64,000 nucleotides of DNA, taken from contig CAVWVQ010000003.1 of NCBI GenBank assembly GCA_963758525.1, positions 3,232,001 to 3,296,000 of the forward strand, written 5' to 3'. Positions 1 through 10,471 of the stretch are shown here, piece by piece; position 1 is the first letter of the stretch, and the number at the start of each line of letters is the position of its first letter. The DNA comes from an uncultured Phycisphaerales bacterium (GTDB lineage Bacteria > Planctomycetota > Phycisphaerae > Tepidisphaerales > Tepidisphaeraceae). The translations under genes and the position numbers were made by a program. The notes below the pieces were generated by a model. That model was not told the DNA's origin and ran no database searches. It worked only from the letters and a program-made list of their open reading frames with translations.

Positions 1-848
1 CATGGGACGCGCTACCGGACGCAATTGCCGCGCTCTTTGAATACCTGCCGGTGCCGACCGTGGCAACGCCGCATGCAGCCGCGACTTTGGGCCGCCCGTC
101 AGGCGGGCCCACTGTCACATTGCGAAGTTGTGCCAAATCGTGCCAAATCGTGCCACTTTGCGGGGTAAAGGGGCGATAGGTTCTTTCTATTGCGAATCCG
201 GCCGGCAGTAAATGTCGCATCGCGAATGGTGATTTCGTCAGGTTCCTGGCATGGACCAAGCCATTGAAGAACATGAGACTTCCGGCGCGGCCGGAGACGG
301 CGAAGCATTGGATTTTGAAAGGCGAGCGTGCGGGGATGCCCCGTTTTCAGCAAACGGCGCGCAACTGTTCGCGCGGCGTCGCGCCAGGCTGGAGCGTATC
401 CCGCGGCATGGCGAGGAGTTGGGCGTCGGATGCGACATGCGGCGCTGCAAAAACTGTCGCGCGGGGTCACATGAGCGAGAAGAAGGCAGGAAAGGGAAGG
501 CACGGAGGCACGAAGGAGAGACGAGAAGCGGCAGCGTCGGGAGGTGCAGATCAGTTCCGACGGAAATCCCTCGGCTTTCGGAGCGCACAATCAAGGTGGA
601 ATCCCGAGTGCAAAATCTGTTAATGCAGGGATTGTATGAGGAAATCACGCGTGCGCAGCACTCCGGATTCCTTAGTTAGCCGCCTCGCTTGCGAGGCGTG
701 TCTGGACGCGCCCCCTTGCCGATGGGTTCGACGGGACAGCCGCGCCGCTGGACGCGCGCGGCAAGCACGGCGGCGAAGGGCGGCTATATGGTTCGGAATG
801 CTTCGCACGCGCCGGTTTTCACTGTAGTATGACGCTTGTGGCGGAAGA

Positions 849-1688
849 ATGAGCACAGCAACGATTCCCGACATTCATCTCGATTCGCTCCGGCAGCGCA
901 TGCGCGAGCTGCGCGGGCGACTCGTGGAGCTATCCCACGCCGCGGAAACGCCGCATCTGGGCGGGGCGCTCTCGTGCGCGGAGATCATGATCTGTGCTTA
1001 TCACGGCGTCCTTCGCATCGATCCGAAGGAGCCGCTCGATCCGCTGCGGGATCGGTTTATTCTCAGCAAAGGTCACGCGGCTACCGCCCTTTACGCGACA
1101 CTCGCCAGCCGGGGGTTTTTTGATGCCGCGATGCTGGATCACTTTAACGCAGATGGAGGATGCCTTCCCGAGCAGCCGGGGTTGCAATGCGTGCCGGGAG
1201 TCGAAGCGGCCACCGGATCGCTCGGGCACGGATTGTCGCTGGCGCTGGGAATGGCCCTGGCGGGGCGGATTCAAGGGCAAAGCTACCGGTGCTTCGCGCT
1301 GTTGAGTGACGGGGAATGTCAGGAAGGATCGGTCTGGGAGGCGGCGCTGTTCGCGCCGGCGCATAGGTTGGAGAATGTGGTTGCCATCATCGACTACAAC
1401 AAATGGCAAGCGACCGGTCGCAGCAATGAGGTGATGGCGCTGAGCCCATTGCGGAAAAAGTGGGAAGCGTTCGGGTGGAGCGCATACGAGGTCGACGGTC
1501 ACGACGTCGGCGCCTTAATGAAGGTGCTCGGCAAAATTCCGGACGGCACCGGCAAACCGATCGCGATCGTCGCCAACACGATCAAGGGGAAGGGCGTTTC
1601 GTTCATGGAAGACGACAACAACTGGCACTATCGGATTCCGACCGCCGACGAAGTGAAGCTGGCCCGGAAGGAGTTGGGGCTGCCGTGA
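849..1688 (+). CDS. Split transketolase, N-terminal (ThDP-binding) subunit
   Basis: HLGGALS, DRFILSKGH, ATGSLGHGL, ThDP motif SDGECQEGSVWEA...IIDYN, KGKGVSFME..WH. Confidence 0.92.
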   Translation: MSTATIPDIHLDSLRQRMRELRGRLVELSHAAETPHLGGALSCAEIMICAYHGVLRIDPKEPLDPLRDRFILSKGHAATALYATLASRGFFDAAMLDHFNADGGCLPEQPGLQCVPGVEAATGSLGHGLSLALGMALAGRIQGQSYRCFALLSDGECQEGSVWEAALFAPAHRLENVVAIIDYNKWQATGRSNEVMALSPLRKKWEAFGWSAYEVDGHDVGALMKVLGKIPDGTGKPIAIVANTIKGKGVSFMEDDNNWHYRIPTADEVKLARKELGLP

Positions 1689-2620
1689 GAAACGCCTTCG
1701 CCGCTGCCATCACCGCTCTTGCCGACAGCGATCCGCGCGTCGTGGTTCTCTCGGGAGACATCGGCAATCGCCTCTTCGACAAATACAAGGAGAAATTCCC
1801 CGATCGCTTCTACAACTGCGGCGTTTCCGAGGCCAACATGACCGGGATGGCCGCCGGCATGGCGCTCTGCGGGCTGAGGCCGTTCACATACACCATCACG
1901 CCCTTCGCGACGACCCGCGCGCTGGAGCAAATCCGCGTCGACGTCTGCTATCACAATGTTCCGGTGACGATCGTTGGCACCGGCAGCGGATTGTCCTATG
2001 CATCGCTCGGGCCAACGCACCACTCGTGCGAAGACGTGGCGATGTTGCGATGCCTGCCTAACATGAAAGTCATTTGCCCCGCGGATTCCGCGGAAGTCCG
2101 TGGCGTGCTCCCGGCAGTGCTCCAGCAGGACGGGCCGGCCTATATCCGCCTGGGAAAGAAGGGGGAGCCGGCCATTCACAGCGTTGATCCGGAATTCGTC
2201 ATCGGGAGAGGCATCGTCGTCAGCGAGGGGACCGACATTTGTTTTCTCGGGATGGGGAATGCGGTGATTCTCGCCGTCGAGGCGGCGGAGAAACTGCGGG
2301 CCCACGGCCTCTCCTCCAGAGTCGTCAGCCTGCACACGGTCAAACCGCTCGACGATGCGCTGCTCGACGACGCGTTCAAACGGTACAGGGCCGTCGTCGT
2401 GGTCGAAGAGCACAGCGTCATCGGCGGGTTGGGCTCGGCCGTCGCCGAATGGATCGCAACACGGCGACTCTCCGCGGCCCGGCTTCTCACCTTGGGGACA
2501 CCCGACGAATTTCTCTCCGAGGCCGGCGATCAGAAACATGCTCGCGAGCGGTTCGGGCTGACGCCGGAAGCCATCGCGGGGCGGGTGCTGGAGTTGGCGT
2601 CGGGAGCGGGAGGTTCGTGA
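1685..2620 (+). CDS. Split transketolase, C-terminal (pyrimidine-binding) subunit
   Basis: GTG start overlaps the upstream TGA (GTGA); RNAF...GVSEANM, GPTHHS.ED, PAYIRLG, VEEHS.IGGLG. Confidence 0.92.
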   Translation: MRNAFAAAITALADSDPRVVVLSGDIGNRLFDKYKEKFPDRFYNCGVSEANMTGMAAGMALCGLRPFTYTITPFATTRALEQIRVDVCYHNVPVTIVGTGSGLSYASLGPTHHSCEDVAMLRCLPNMKVICPADSAEVRGVLPAVLQQDGPAYIRLGKKGEPAIHSVDPEFVIGRGIVVSEGTDICFLGMGNAVILAVEAAEKLRAHGLSSRVVSLHTVKPLDDALLDDAFKRYRAVVVVEEHSVIGGLGSAVAEWIATRRLSAARLLTLGTPDEFLSEAGDQKHARERFGLTPEAIAGRVLELASGAGGS

Positions 2621-2716
2621 CGTCTTTGTTTCGAGCCGCTGCAAGAAGCGACGGGGCGCGCCGTTGCTGTTTACTTTTCTTCGCGCTGCTAAAGCCCGGC
2701 CGCGCGATCGCCCAAC

Positions 2717-2832
2717 TCCCTCTCCCGGTACGCCGGGAGAGGGCCGGGGTGAGGGTGATTTCGGAGTCGAGTGCACTTGGTACTCGAAATCACCCTCATC
2801 CTAACCTTCTCCCGGCGTACCGGGAGAAGGGA
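2717..2832. repeat. REP-like inverted repeat pair
   Basis: Arm TCCCTCTCCCGGTACGCCGGGAGAGGG..GAGGGTGATTTCG (2717-2763) is inverted at 2785-2832; each arm is itself a hairpin. Confidence 0.85.
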
Positions 2833-3008
2833 CCAGAACGGGCTTTCGTCGCGCGGAGCGGAGCGCCTCCAGCAGCATTTTTCATACGTTGGACGCTATC
2901 CGTCAGGACGCGCTTACTGGACGCGCTTCGCTGCGCGGCGCGGATAAACAGGCTTCCAGACCGGTTCTGCTCATCTTCATTGTCTCGATCTCCGGCAGCG
3001 GGGCAGAC

Positions 3009-3602
3009 ATGCTGATCGGGGTCGACTTCGACAACACGATCGTCTGTTACGATCAGGTCTTCCTGTCGATCGCGCGCGAGCGCGGGCTCATTTCTCCCGA
3101 TCAGGTGCTTTCGAAACGCGAACTCCACGACTATCTCCATGGGCGCGGTCAGGCGGACGTGTGGACACAATTACAGGGAGAGGTGTACGGCCCGCTCATG
3201 CAGCGAGCGATTCCGTTTCCCGGCGTGATCGACTTCTTCAGGCGATGTCGCGTGCTGACAATTCCAGTGCGGATTATCAGTCATCGAACGCGCTATCCTT
3301 ACCTCGGCGAGAAGTACGATCTGCATCTGGCCGCGCGAAATTGGATTGCCACGCACGCGATTGGTCTGTCTTCGTCAGAGGTGTTTTTCGATGAAAGCCG
3401 ACTCGAGAAGTTGGCGCGAATCGCCCAGCAGAAATGCACGCATTTTGTGGAGGACCTCGTAGAAGTGCTCGCCGAGCCGTTGTTTCCCAAAGACGTGCAC
3501 AGGATCCTCTTCGACCCTAACCATCTTCACGGTGATTTTGCTCTGGCGGAGCGCGTGGAGTCCTGGGCGATGATTGAGTCGCTGCTGCTGCCCGCCCGAT
3601 GA
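3009..3602 (+). CDS. HAD-superfamily hydrolase
   Basis: N-terminal IGVDFDNT (DxDxT), ISHRT, K, HFVEDL motifs. Confidence 0.85.
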   Translation: MLIGVDFDNTIVCYDQVFLSIARERGLISPDQVLSKRELHDYLHGRGQADVWTQLQGEVYGPLMQRAIPFPGVIDFFRRCRVLTIPVRIISHRTRYPYLGEKYDLHLAARNWIATHAIGLSSSEVFFDESRLEKLARIAQQKCTHFVEDLVEVLAEPLFPKDVHRILFDPNHLHGDFALAERVESWAMIESLLLPAR

Positions 3603-4624
3603 ACGTGTGCGAGTTTCAGATGATCCGTGGTTACGAAAAAATCCCCGCGCTCCTCGCCAGCGCCGGCTTGAGCGGCGCCTTTCAGCTCACGGATTTGCCG
3701 GGTGGCGGGAACAATAAGGTGTTTCGACTCGAGTGCGCCGGAAGCAAGGCATTACTGAAGGTCTACTTTCGCGATCCCGGCGACGCACGAGACCGGCTTG
3801 GGGCTGAGTTTTCCTTCTGCACGTTCGCATGGAACGCCGGTCTTCGGCAGATTCCGCAGCCGTTGGCGCAGGACCCGGCGGAGGGTTTGGGCCTATACGA
3901 GTTTCTGGACGGCCGACCGCCGGGCGACGGTGAGGTAGACGAGCGCGCCGTTGAGCAGGGAGTGGCGTTCTTTCGTGATCTGAATCGTCAAAGGTCGCTT
4001 CCGGCGGCGCAGTCGCTGCGTCCAGGGTCCGAGGCGTGCTTTACGATGGCTGAGCACCTGGATTGTGTCGATCGGCGGATCAAGCGTTTCGAACAACTGG
4101 ATCGCACAACGCCGACGGGCCAGGAAGCACGCTCGCTGGTCGATAGCCGGCTCATCCCAGCGTGGAGCAGAATCCGTGCTAGCGTGATCGCCGGTGGCGT
4201 TGCGATAAACGACGCGCTGCGGCCGGGCGATCGATGCCTGTCGCCATCGGATTTTGGTTTTCACAATACGATCGCCGACGGAACGGGCCGATTAAAATTT
4301 ATCGATTTTGAATATTCCGGCTGGGACGACCCGGCGAAGACCGTCTGCGATTTTTTCTCTCAGCCGGATGTCGTGGTGCCGATGAAGTTTTTCGATTCGG
4401 TGTCGCGGGCGTTTGTGCAGGAGTTGTCGGACCCAGCGGGGCATCTTCGGCGGATCGCCTTGTTGCTGCCTGTTTACCGTGTAAAGTGGTGCTGCATCAT
4501 GCTCAATGAGTTTTTGCCGGTTGGCAGCCGGCGCCGGTCCTTTGCGAGAGATCCCGCCGGCGAGGAGCAGCGCAGAGCAACGCAGCTTGGAAAAGTTCGA
4601 CTGGCGTTGGACGCGATTCGGTAG
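3599..4624 (+). CDS. Aminoglycoside phosphotransferase/choline kinase-like protein
   Basis: GGGNNKVF, LLKVY, LSPSDFGFHN, FIDFEYSGWDDP; ATGA overlap with the HAD gene. Confidence 0.85.
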   Translation: MNVCEFQMIRGYEKIPALLASAGLSGAFQLTDLPGGGNNKVFRLECAGSKALLKVYFRDPGDARDRLGAEFSFCTFAWNAGLRQIPQPLAQDPAEGLGLYEFLDGRPPGDGEVDERAVEQGVAFFRDLNRQRSLPAAQSLRPGSEACFTMAEHLDCVDRRIKRFEQLDRTTPTGQEARSLVDSRLIPAWSRIRASVIAGGVAINDALRPGDRCLSPSDFGFHNTIADGTGRLKFIDFEYSGWDDPAKTVCDFFSQPDVVVPMKFFDSVSRAFVQELSDPAGHLRRIALLLPVYRVKWCCIMLNEFLPVGSRRRSFARDPAGEEQRRATQLGKVRLALDAIR

Positions 4625-4712
4625 GGAAGGATCGTCGCGCCGGTTCGAGAACGGCTGGGGATGGAAAGGTTGGCGGGATGAATCCCGCCCTACTTGGAGT
4701 TAAGAAGAAACC

Positions 4713-5375
4713 ATGGCTTATGTCGATTTTCTCACCGTCATTCATAAGGCGACCAAACGGGATTATGTCGCGCGCGTCACGGAATACTCCAAGGCCGAAG
4801 CCGCCAAGGCAGCCAAGAAGTGGGACTACGATTACTGGGACGGCAGCCGCCATACCGGGTATGGCGGATATAAATATGACGGGCGGTGGCGCAAGGTCGC
4901 CGATGCGATGGTCGCGCACTACGGCCTCAAAGCCGGCGATAAAGTGCTCGACGTCGGCTGCGGGAAGGCGTTTTTACTCTACGACCTGATGCAGGCGGTG
5001 CCGGGCCTGGAAGTGGCGGGCATCGACGTCTCGAGATACGGTCTCGAGCATGCAATGCCGGACGTGAAGCCGTTTCTACAGTACGCAAATGCGACGAAGC
5101 TCCCATTCCCCGACAAGAGCTTCGACTATGTCTTCTCGATCAACACGTTTCACAATCTCTTCAACTACGAGTTATACGAGGCGTTGAAGGAAGTCGAGCG
5201 GGTGGGGCGGAAGCATAAATACATCTGCGTCGAATCGTGGCGCAACGAAGAGGAGAAGGCGAATCTGCTCTACTGGCAGCTCACCTGCGAGACGTTCGGA
5301 ACGCCGGCGGAGTGGGAGTGGTGGCACAAGCACGCGGGGTACACCGGCGATCATTCGTTTATCTATTTTGAGTAG
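4713..5375 (+). CDS. Class I SAM-dependent methyltransferase
   Basis: VLDVGCGKAF, GIDVS, LPFPDKSFD; DYWDG..GYGGYKYDGRW. Confidence 0.9.
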   Translation: MAYVDFLTVIHKATKRDYVARVTEYSKAEAAKAAKKWDYDYWDGSRHTGYGGYKYDGRWRKVADAMVAHYGLKAGDKVLDVGCGKAFLLYDLMQAVPGLEVAGIDVSRYGLEHAMPDVKPFLQYANATKLPFPDKSFDYVFSINTFHNLFNYELYEALKEVERVGRKHKYICVESWRNEEEKANLLYWQLTCETFGTPAEWEWWHKHAGYTGDHSFIYFE

Positions 5376-5383
5376 GTGCGTTG

Positions 5384-6427
5384 ATGAAGGGTTTGGCGGC
5401 AGTGCTGGTTGAGTTGAAGAAGCCGTTGGTGCTGGAGGAAATTGAGATTCCTCCGCTGCGCTTCGGTCAGGTTCTGGTGCGCGTGCAGTGCAGCGGTATC
5501 TGCGGCGCGCAGATCGGCGAGATCAACGGCGTGAAGGGGCCTGACAAATTCCTTCCACACCTCCTCGGCCACGAAGGGACCGCGACGGTTCTCGAAACCG
5601 GCGAAGGCGTGCGCCGGGTTAAGCCGGGTGACACAGTCGTCATGCACTGGCGCAAGGCGGCCGGGATCGACGCGCCAACGCCGGCGTATCAATCGAAGCT
5701 CGGGAAGATCAACTCGGGATGGGTGACGACATTTAATCAGATGGCGATCGTCTCGGAGAATCGACTGACGCCGATTCCCAAGGACTTCGATCCCGAAGTC
5801 GCGGCGCTGTTCGGCTGCGCCGTCACTACCGCGTTCGGCGTGATCAACAACAACGCGCAACTGAAGATCGGCCAGTCGATCGTGGTCTTCGGCGCCGGGG
5901 GAGTGGGCTTGAACATCGTGCAGGGAGCGGCGATGGTCGGCGCCAATCCGATTATCGCAGTCGATCTGTATGACAACCGTCTCGAACTGGCCAAACGCCT
6001 TGGCGCGACGCACGCAATCAATTCGAAGGCCCTCGATGCGGAATCGGAGATTCGCAAAATCGTCGGAAACGAAGGCGTTGATGTCGCCGTCGATAACACG
6101 GGCAACGTCAAGGTGATCGAGCTGCTCTATCGACTCACCAGCGCGAGCGGCCGAACGATTCTGGTTGGCGTGCCGCCGAAGGAGAGCACGGCATCAATCT
6201 ATACGCTGCCGTTGCATTTCGAGAAGAGCCTCTTCGGTTCCCACGGCGGCGAGTGTCAGCCAGACGTCGACATCCCGCGATACGTGAGGCTCTGCCAGGC
6301 GGGAAAACTGAAACTGAAGGAGGTCGTTGGCAAACGCTACGCGCTGACCGAGATCAACCAGGCCATTTCTGACATGGCCGACGGCAGCATCGCCGGCCGG
6401 GCGATCATCGACATGCATACGAACTAG
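5384..6427 (+). CDS. Zn-dependent (MDR) alcohol dehydrogenase
   Basis: SGICG, LLGHEG, FGCAVTT, VFGAGGVGL; lacks the structural-Zn Cys cluster. Confidence 0.9.
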   Translation: MKGLAAVLVELKKPLVLEEIEIPPLRFGQVLVRVQCSGICGAQIGEINGVKGPDKFLPHLLGHEGTATVLETGEGVRRVKPGDTVVMHWRKAAGIDAPTPAYQSKLGKINSGWVTTFNQMAIVSENRLTPIPKDFDPEVAALFGCAVTTAFGVINNNAQLKIGQSIVVFGAGGVGLNIVQGAAMVGANPIIAVDLYDNRLELAKRLGATHAINSKALDAESEIRKIVGNEGVDVAVDNTGNVKVIELLYRLTSASGRTILVGVPPKESTASIYTLPLHFEKSLFGSHGGECQPDVDIPRYVRLCQAGKLKLKEVVGKRYALTEINQAISDMADGSIAGRAIIDMHTN

Positions 6428-6507
6428 ACGTGGTCAGGACTGCAACCCACGCGATCACACCGAGCACGTCCGGCGCGGTGCGATGACGAATTATCGCGAC
6501 GCGGAGC

Positions 6508-8255
6508 TCACTTTTCGACGGCATTGCGGGGTGTGTTGCTCTCGTTGATTGGCAGCGGCTTGTCGTTATAGAGTGCGAAGTGCGGCTGGGCGTCTGGCCC
6601 CTTCGCATAATCGATAATGCCATAAAACGGAGTGCGGTCAGGGTATTCGCTCAGCAATCTCTCGTTCTCCTCCCGACCCAAGTCGTGGACCCAGAGCACC
6701 GGCGCATTCGCCAAATCTGGAGAGTTGTAGTTCCAATCCTCAAACGCAAAGATCTTGCGCGGATCGAAGCTATAGCGGACGAAGACAATCGCCTTTCCTT
6801 TGCTGAGCGCCTGCAGCGTCGCCTCCGCTTCCGGCCGGCGCTGGATCGGGGTGGACGGCTCTTCCCATTTCCGACTCCGCGCCAGCGATACTCCGAATCC
6901 GATGAAAAAGATCACACTCGCCACAGGGAGCGTGCGTGACAGAAACCTTCCCGCGATACGCAGCCGCATATTGGATCCCGCCCGCATATGGCGAATGCAT
7001 TGAACGAGGAGTCCGAAAAATGAGCCGATTTGCGGGGCCGCGTAGTGGAGTGAGGCCGAGTTCTCCACGAGGAGGAGCAAGAGCATGATCAAGATACTGA
7101 CGAGCATCAGCCGGACCCTGCCGTCACGCAGCGTCAGAGGAATCATCAGCAGGGGCATGGCAAGCAGGAGGCCGAGCACCTCGTGGTCGGCAGTGTCGAC
7201 ATAGGACCAGCGATCGCTCAGATAGCGAGCGCAGGATCGTCGAAAGACCGCCGGCTCCCAAATCGCGTATTGGTACGCCATGTCATCACTTGTGTAGGGA
7301 ATCTTCCGATTGTCCAAACTTCCCGTCAGCAACATCGGCACATGCGCGTACTGCCGGGCGAACTCCCTGTGCGGCATGACGAGCGCGTTTCCCGTGACGC
7401 GGTAGTTGTAGTAACCCATCAACGTCGCACCGATTGTCAGGCAGCATGCGATCGGCGCGGCAACGCCGATCAATCTCGCCCGCATCGGCACCGTCGTCTG
7501 ATTCTTGAAGAGCCAGTGCATCAGCGCGACGCCCACTGGAATCGAGCTGATCGCTCCTTCCAGGGGACGCGTATTTCCGAGGAGGAGCAGTCCCACACCG
7601 ATCGCCCACGCATAGCTGAGTTGGCCTCGCCTGACGATGCGTGGATAGGCTCCCATGACCAGGCAGCCGCCGATGGCGGCGACAGCGCCTCCCCAGTAGC
7701 TGTTCATCCAGTACGAATAGATGGACAGACGAATCAGGCAGAGCAGTCCGCCCAGCAGCGCCATCGCGCCGGCATCCATCCCTGCAGCATCCAGCAGATG
7801 GATCCCGCCATTGCGGCGCAGCTCAGAAGCACACCAAACCATGGATGGCCCAGCAGCTTGCCAAGCGCCAGCACCATTGCCTGCCCCGGCGGATATCTCG
7901 ATTGGAACGAGGGCGTGACCAGGATGTGCGGCGCTTCGAAGAACCGTGGGTACTTTGGCGACGGATTGGACAATCTGCCCGCGGCAAACGTCTCGGCGCC
8001 GAGCAGATATGAGAATTCGTCCTGTATTCGCGGGCGAGGGATGCTCCAGATCGAAAGTGTTCCCACGCGGATCGCCAGCACCGTTGCCGCGATCAGGCTG
8101 CAGCAAAGAACGCGGCGAAGGGCGATACGCGACGCCAGCCGCTCCAAATGCTTCGAGAAGCGTTCGTCGACGTTCGGTGCAGCAAAGGCGACGACTACCG
8201 CAACTGCAGTAAGCGCGATGGCAACACCGATTTCCAACGCAATCGAAGCGAACAT
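6508..8255 (-). CDS. Multi-pass membrane protein, putative GT-C glycosyltransferase (frameshift near 7770)
   Basis: ORF 7734-8255 (QDEFSYLL..TFAAGRL, YPPG) continues into ORF 6508-8262 (SYWMNSYWGG, many TM segments, extracytoplasmic C-terminus). Confidence 0.65.
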
Positions 8256-8419
8256 AGCTCACGTCATTACAATTCGCAGCTTAACGGAGTTGACTGACCC
8301 GAGCCAACGGAACGACCGGGTCGGCGGTGATGCAACTCGGCATTGTTGTCGCGAGATAAGGCTCTCCATAAGATGCCACCGGGATACTCGCCCGGCTTGC
8401 ACTTGCATCGTCTAAAGTA

Positions 8420-9280
8420 ATGGCAGCGGAAGAAAAGATACTCGTTGTAGGCGGCTCGGGAATAATCGGGCGGAGCCTTGCCGACCATCTCGCTCAAAGC
8501 GGTAGATCGGTCGTGCGAACCACGAGGAAGCGAGAGCCAGGTTGGCTAACGTTCGATCTTTCTGGTGACAGATTCTCCGAAAATGACCTGAGCGGAATTA
8601 CAGTCGCATATATCTGCGCCGGAGTCACTGCGCTCGAGCAATGCAGAAAGTATCCGGCGGAGACGCGTGCAGTAAACGTTGTCGGCACGCTCAGGCTGGT
8701 GGACATGCTGGTGAGCAGGGGAGTCTTCGTGGTGTTTCTGTCGTCGAATCTCGTCTTCGACGGGTCATCGCCGCATATGAGCCCTGACGCGCAGACAAAT
8801 CCGCTGACGGAATACGGCCGTCAGAAGGCGGAGGCGGAAAGACAACTGCTTCAATACGGCGGACGCTGCTGCGTCGCACGGCTGACAAAAGTGCTTGGCC
8901 CCGGTAACAGCTTGCTCTGCGGTTGGCGCGACGCGATGCTGCGAGGCGTATCAGTGCGACCGTTTTGCGACATGGTCATGGCACCGGTATCCCTCGATTT
9001 TGCCGTCAGAGCAGTTGCGTTGATCGGCTTGCGACGGGACGCGGGCATAATCCAGGTGTCGGCGCGGCAGGATGTCACTTATGAGCAGGCGGCCCGCCAC
9101 CTGGCGACCCGGCTTGACCTGCCGGGGGATGTGATCTCGCCGCTTCATGTGGCGGATTCAGGATTGGCGCCCGAATCAGTGCCTGCGCACACGACCCTGG
9201 ACACGAGTCGATTATCGTCGGATTATGGCATGAGTGCGCCCCAACCTTGGACGGCCATAGAGAGGGCAATCGGGAGATGA
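8420..9280 (+). CDS. RmlD-like NDP-sugar reductase (SDR)
   Basis: ILVVGGSGIIG, FLSS..VFDG, P.TEYGRQK (YxxxK). Confidence 0.85.
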   Translation: MAAEEKILVVGGSGIIGRSLADHLAQSGRSVVRTTRKREPGWLTFDLSGDRFSENDLSGITVAYICAGVTALEQCRKYPAETRAVNVVGTLRLVDMLVSRGVFVVFLSSNLVFDGSSPHMSPDAQTNPLTEYGRQKAEAERQLLQYGGRCCVARLTKVLGPGNSLLCGWRDAMLRGVSVRPFCDMVMAPVSLDFAVRAVALIGLRRDAGIIQVSARQDVTYEQAARHLATRLDLPGDVISPLHVADSGLAPESVPAHTTLDTSRLSSDYGMSAPQPWTAIERAIGR

Positions 9281-10452
9281 ATGAGACGGAGCAGCATACA
9301 AGTGAGCAGACCGCGCAATGTTGCGTGTGCTGTTGGACAGCATTGAGCGAGGTAATCGCCTATCGCTCGTTTCGCCGCGTGACTTCGGATTGCCGGCCAT
9401 GGCCGGCAGGCGGCCGGCTGGCGGTGTGTGCGCGGTGCGGTTGTGTGCAGGGCATTCCCGACGAGACATTTGTTCGCGAGATCAATGCCATTTACACGTC
9501 CTACGCAATCTACCATCAGAGCCAAGGTGAGGAGCAGACGGCGTTCGACACATGCACGGGAGCTGCGGCCCCGCGCTCGCGGCGATTGCTGAGTCGATTC
9601 CTCGAACGAGTAAAGCTGCCGATGACGGGCCGCATGCTCGACGTCGGATGCGGAAATGGGGCGACGCTCAAAGCGTTCAGCCACATTCGTCCGGCTTGGT
9701 CATTGGTGGGAACGGAACTGAATGAGAAATATCGATCGGATGTGGAGGCGATTGCAGGGCAGGACGGCTTCTACACGAGTGCGCTTGAGGCGGTTCCCGG
9801 CGATTTCGATCTGATTTCGATGATCCACGTCATTGAACATGTGGTTAACCCCTTGGAGCTTCTCAAAGGCCTCCGATCGAAGTTGCGTCCCGGAGCCAGG
9901 CTGCTCGTTGAGGTGCCGAGCTACCGTCAGAACCCATTTGAGCTTCTCATTGCCGATCACCGAACGCATTTTGACGCACCGAGCCTTTCATTGCTTCTGG
10001 AGCGTGCCGGCTACGCGGTCGAAGTGGTCGCCGAAGACTGGGTGGCGAAGGAACTGAGTGTTGTCGGCCGAGTGAACGGAGGAGGCACTACTTCCTCAGC
10101 TCGCTCGACCAGTGCATCTGTCGACTGCGGATCGCTGGAGCCCAAACTGCTCTGGCTCGCGAGCGTGGTGGCGGCGTGGCGATCTCTGGCGGCGAGCCGC
10201 CCTATCGGAATATTCGGGACGTCGATTGCTGCGACTTGGCTTGCGTCTGAGTTGGAAGGCGCAGCCGCCTTTTTTGTGGACGAGGATGAAGCGCGAATTG
10301 GCAAGCAGTTCATGCGGCGCCCAATTCTACACCCCCGTCAACTTATTGAAGGAAGCGAGGTTTTTCTGGCGTTGCCGACGAATTTGGCGGAATCAGTCGC
10401 CCACCGTCTGCAACGGGCGGGCGTCAGGTATCACATCCCGCCGCACGCGTGA
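9277..10452 (+). CDS. Class I SAM methyltransferase with N-terminal Cys zinc ribbon (sugar C/O-methyltransferase-like)
   Basis: CCVC..CARCG, MLDVGCGNG, HVIEH, C-terminal IGIFG..FFVDED; ATGA overlap. Confidence 0.85.
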   Translation: MNETEQHTSEQTAQCCVCCWTALSEVIAYRSFRRVTSDCRPWPAGGRLAVCARCGCVQGIPDETFVREINAIYTSYAIYHQSQGEEQTAFDTCTGAAAPRSRRLLSRFLERVKLPMTGRMLDVGCGNGATLKAFSHIRPAWSLVGTELNEKYRSDVEAIAGQDGFYTSALEAVPGDFDLISMIHVIEHVVNPLELLKGLRSKLRPGARLLVEVPSYRQNPFELLIADHRTHFDAPSLSLLLERAGYAVEVVAEDWVAKELSVVGRVNGGGTTSSARSTSASVDCGSLEPKLLWLASVVAAWRSLAASRPIGIFGTSIAATWLASELEGAAAFFVDEDEARIGKQFMRRPILHPRQLIEGSEVFLALPTNLAESVAHRLQRAGVRYHIPPHA

Positions 10453-10471
10453 CTGTCGAGAGCGGGCTTCA

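Noticed and set aside
1..848. Several overlapping ORFs (e.g. 251-679) and a short GTGCCAAATC tandem at ~130-156
   Set aside because: No recognisable motifs, low-complexity R/A/G-rich translations and an embedded AGGCACG repeat; cannot support a gene or an array.
3599..4624. Aminoglycoside resistance gene
   Set aside because: Only the kinase fold is shared; the context is sugar biosynthesis.
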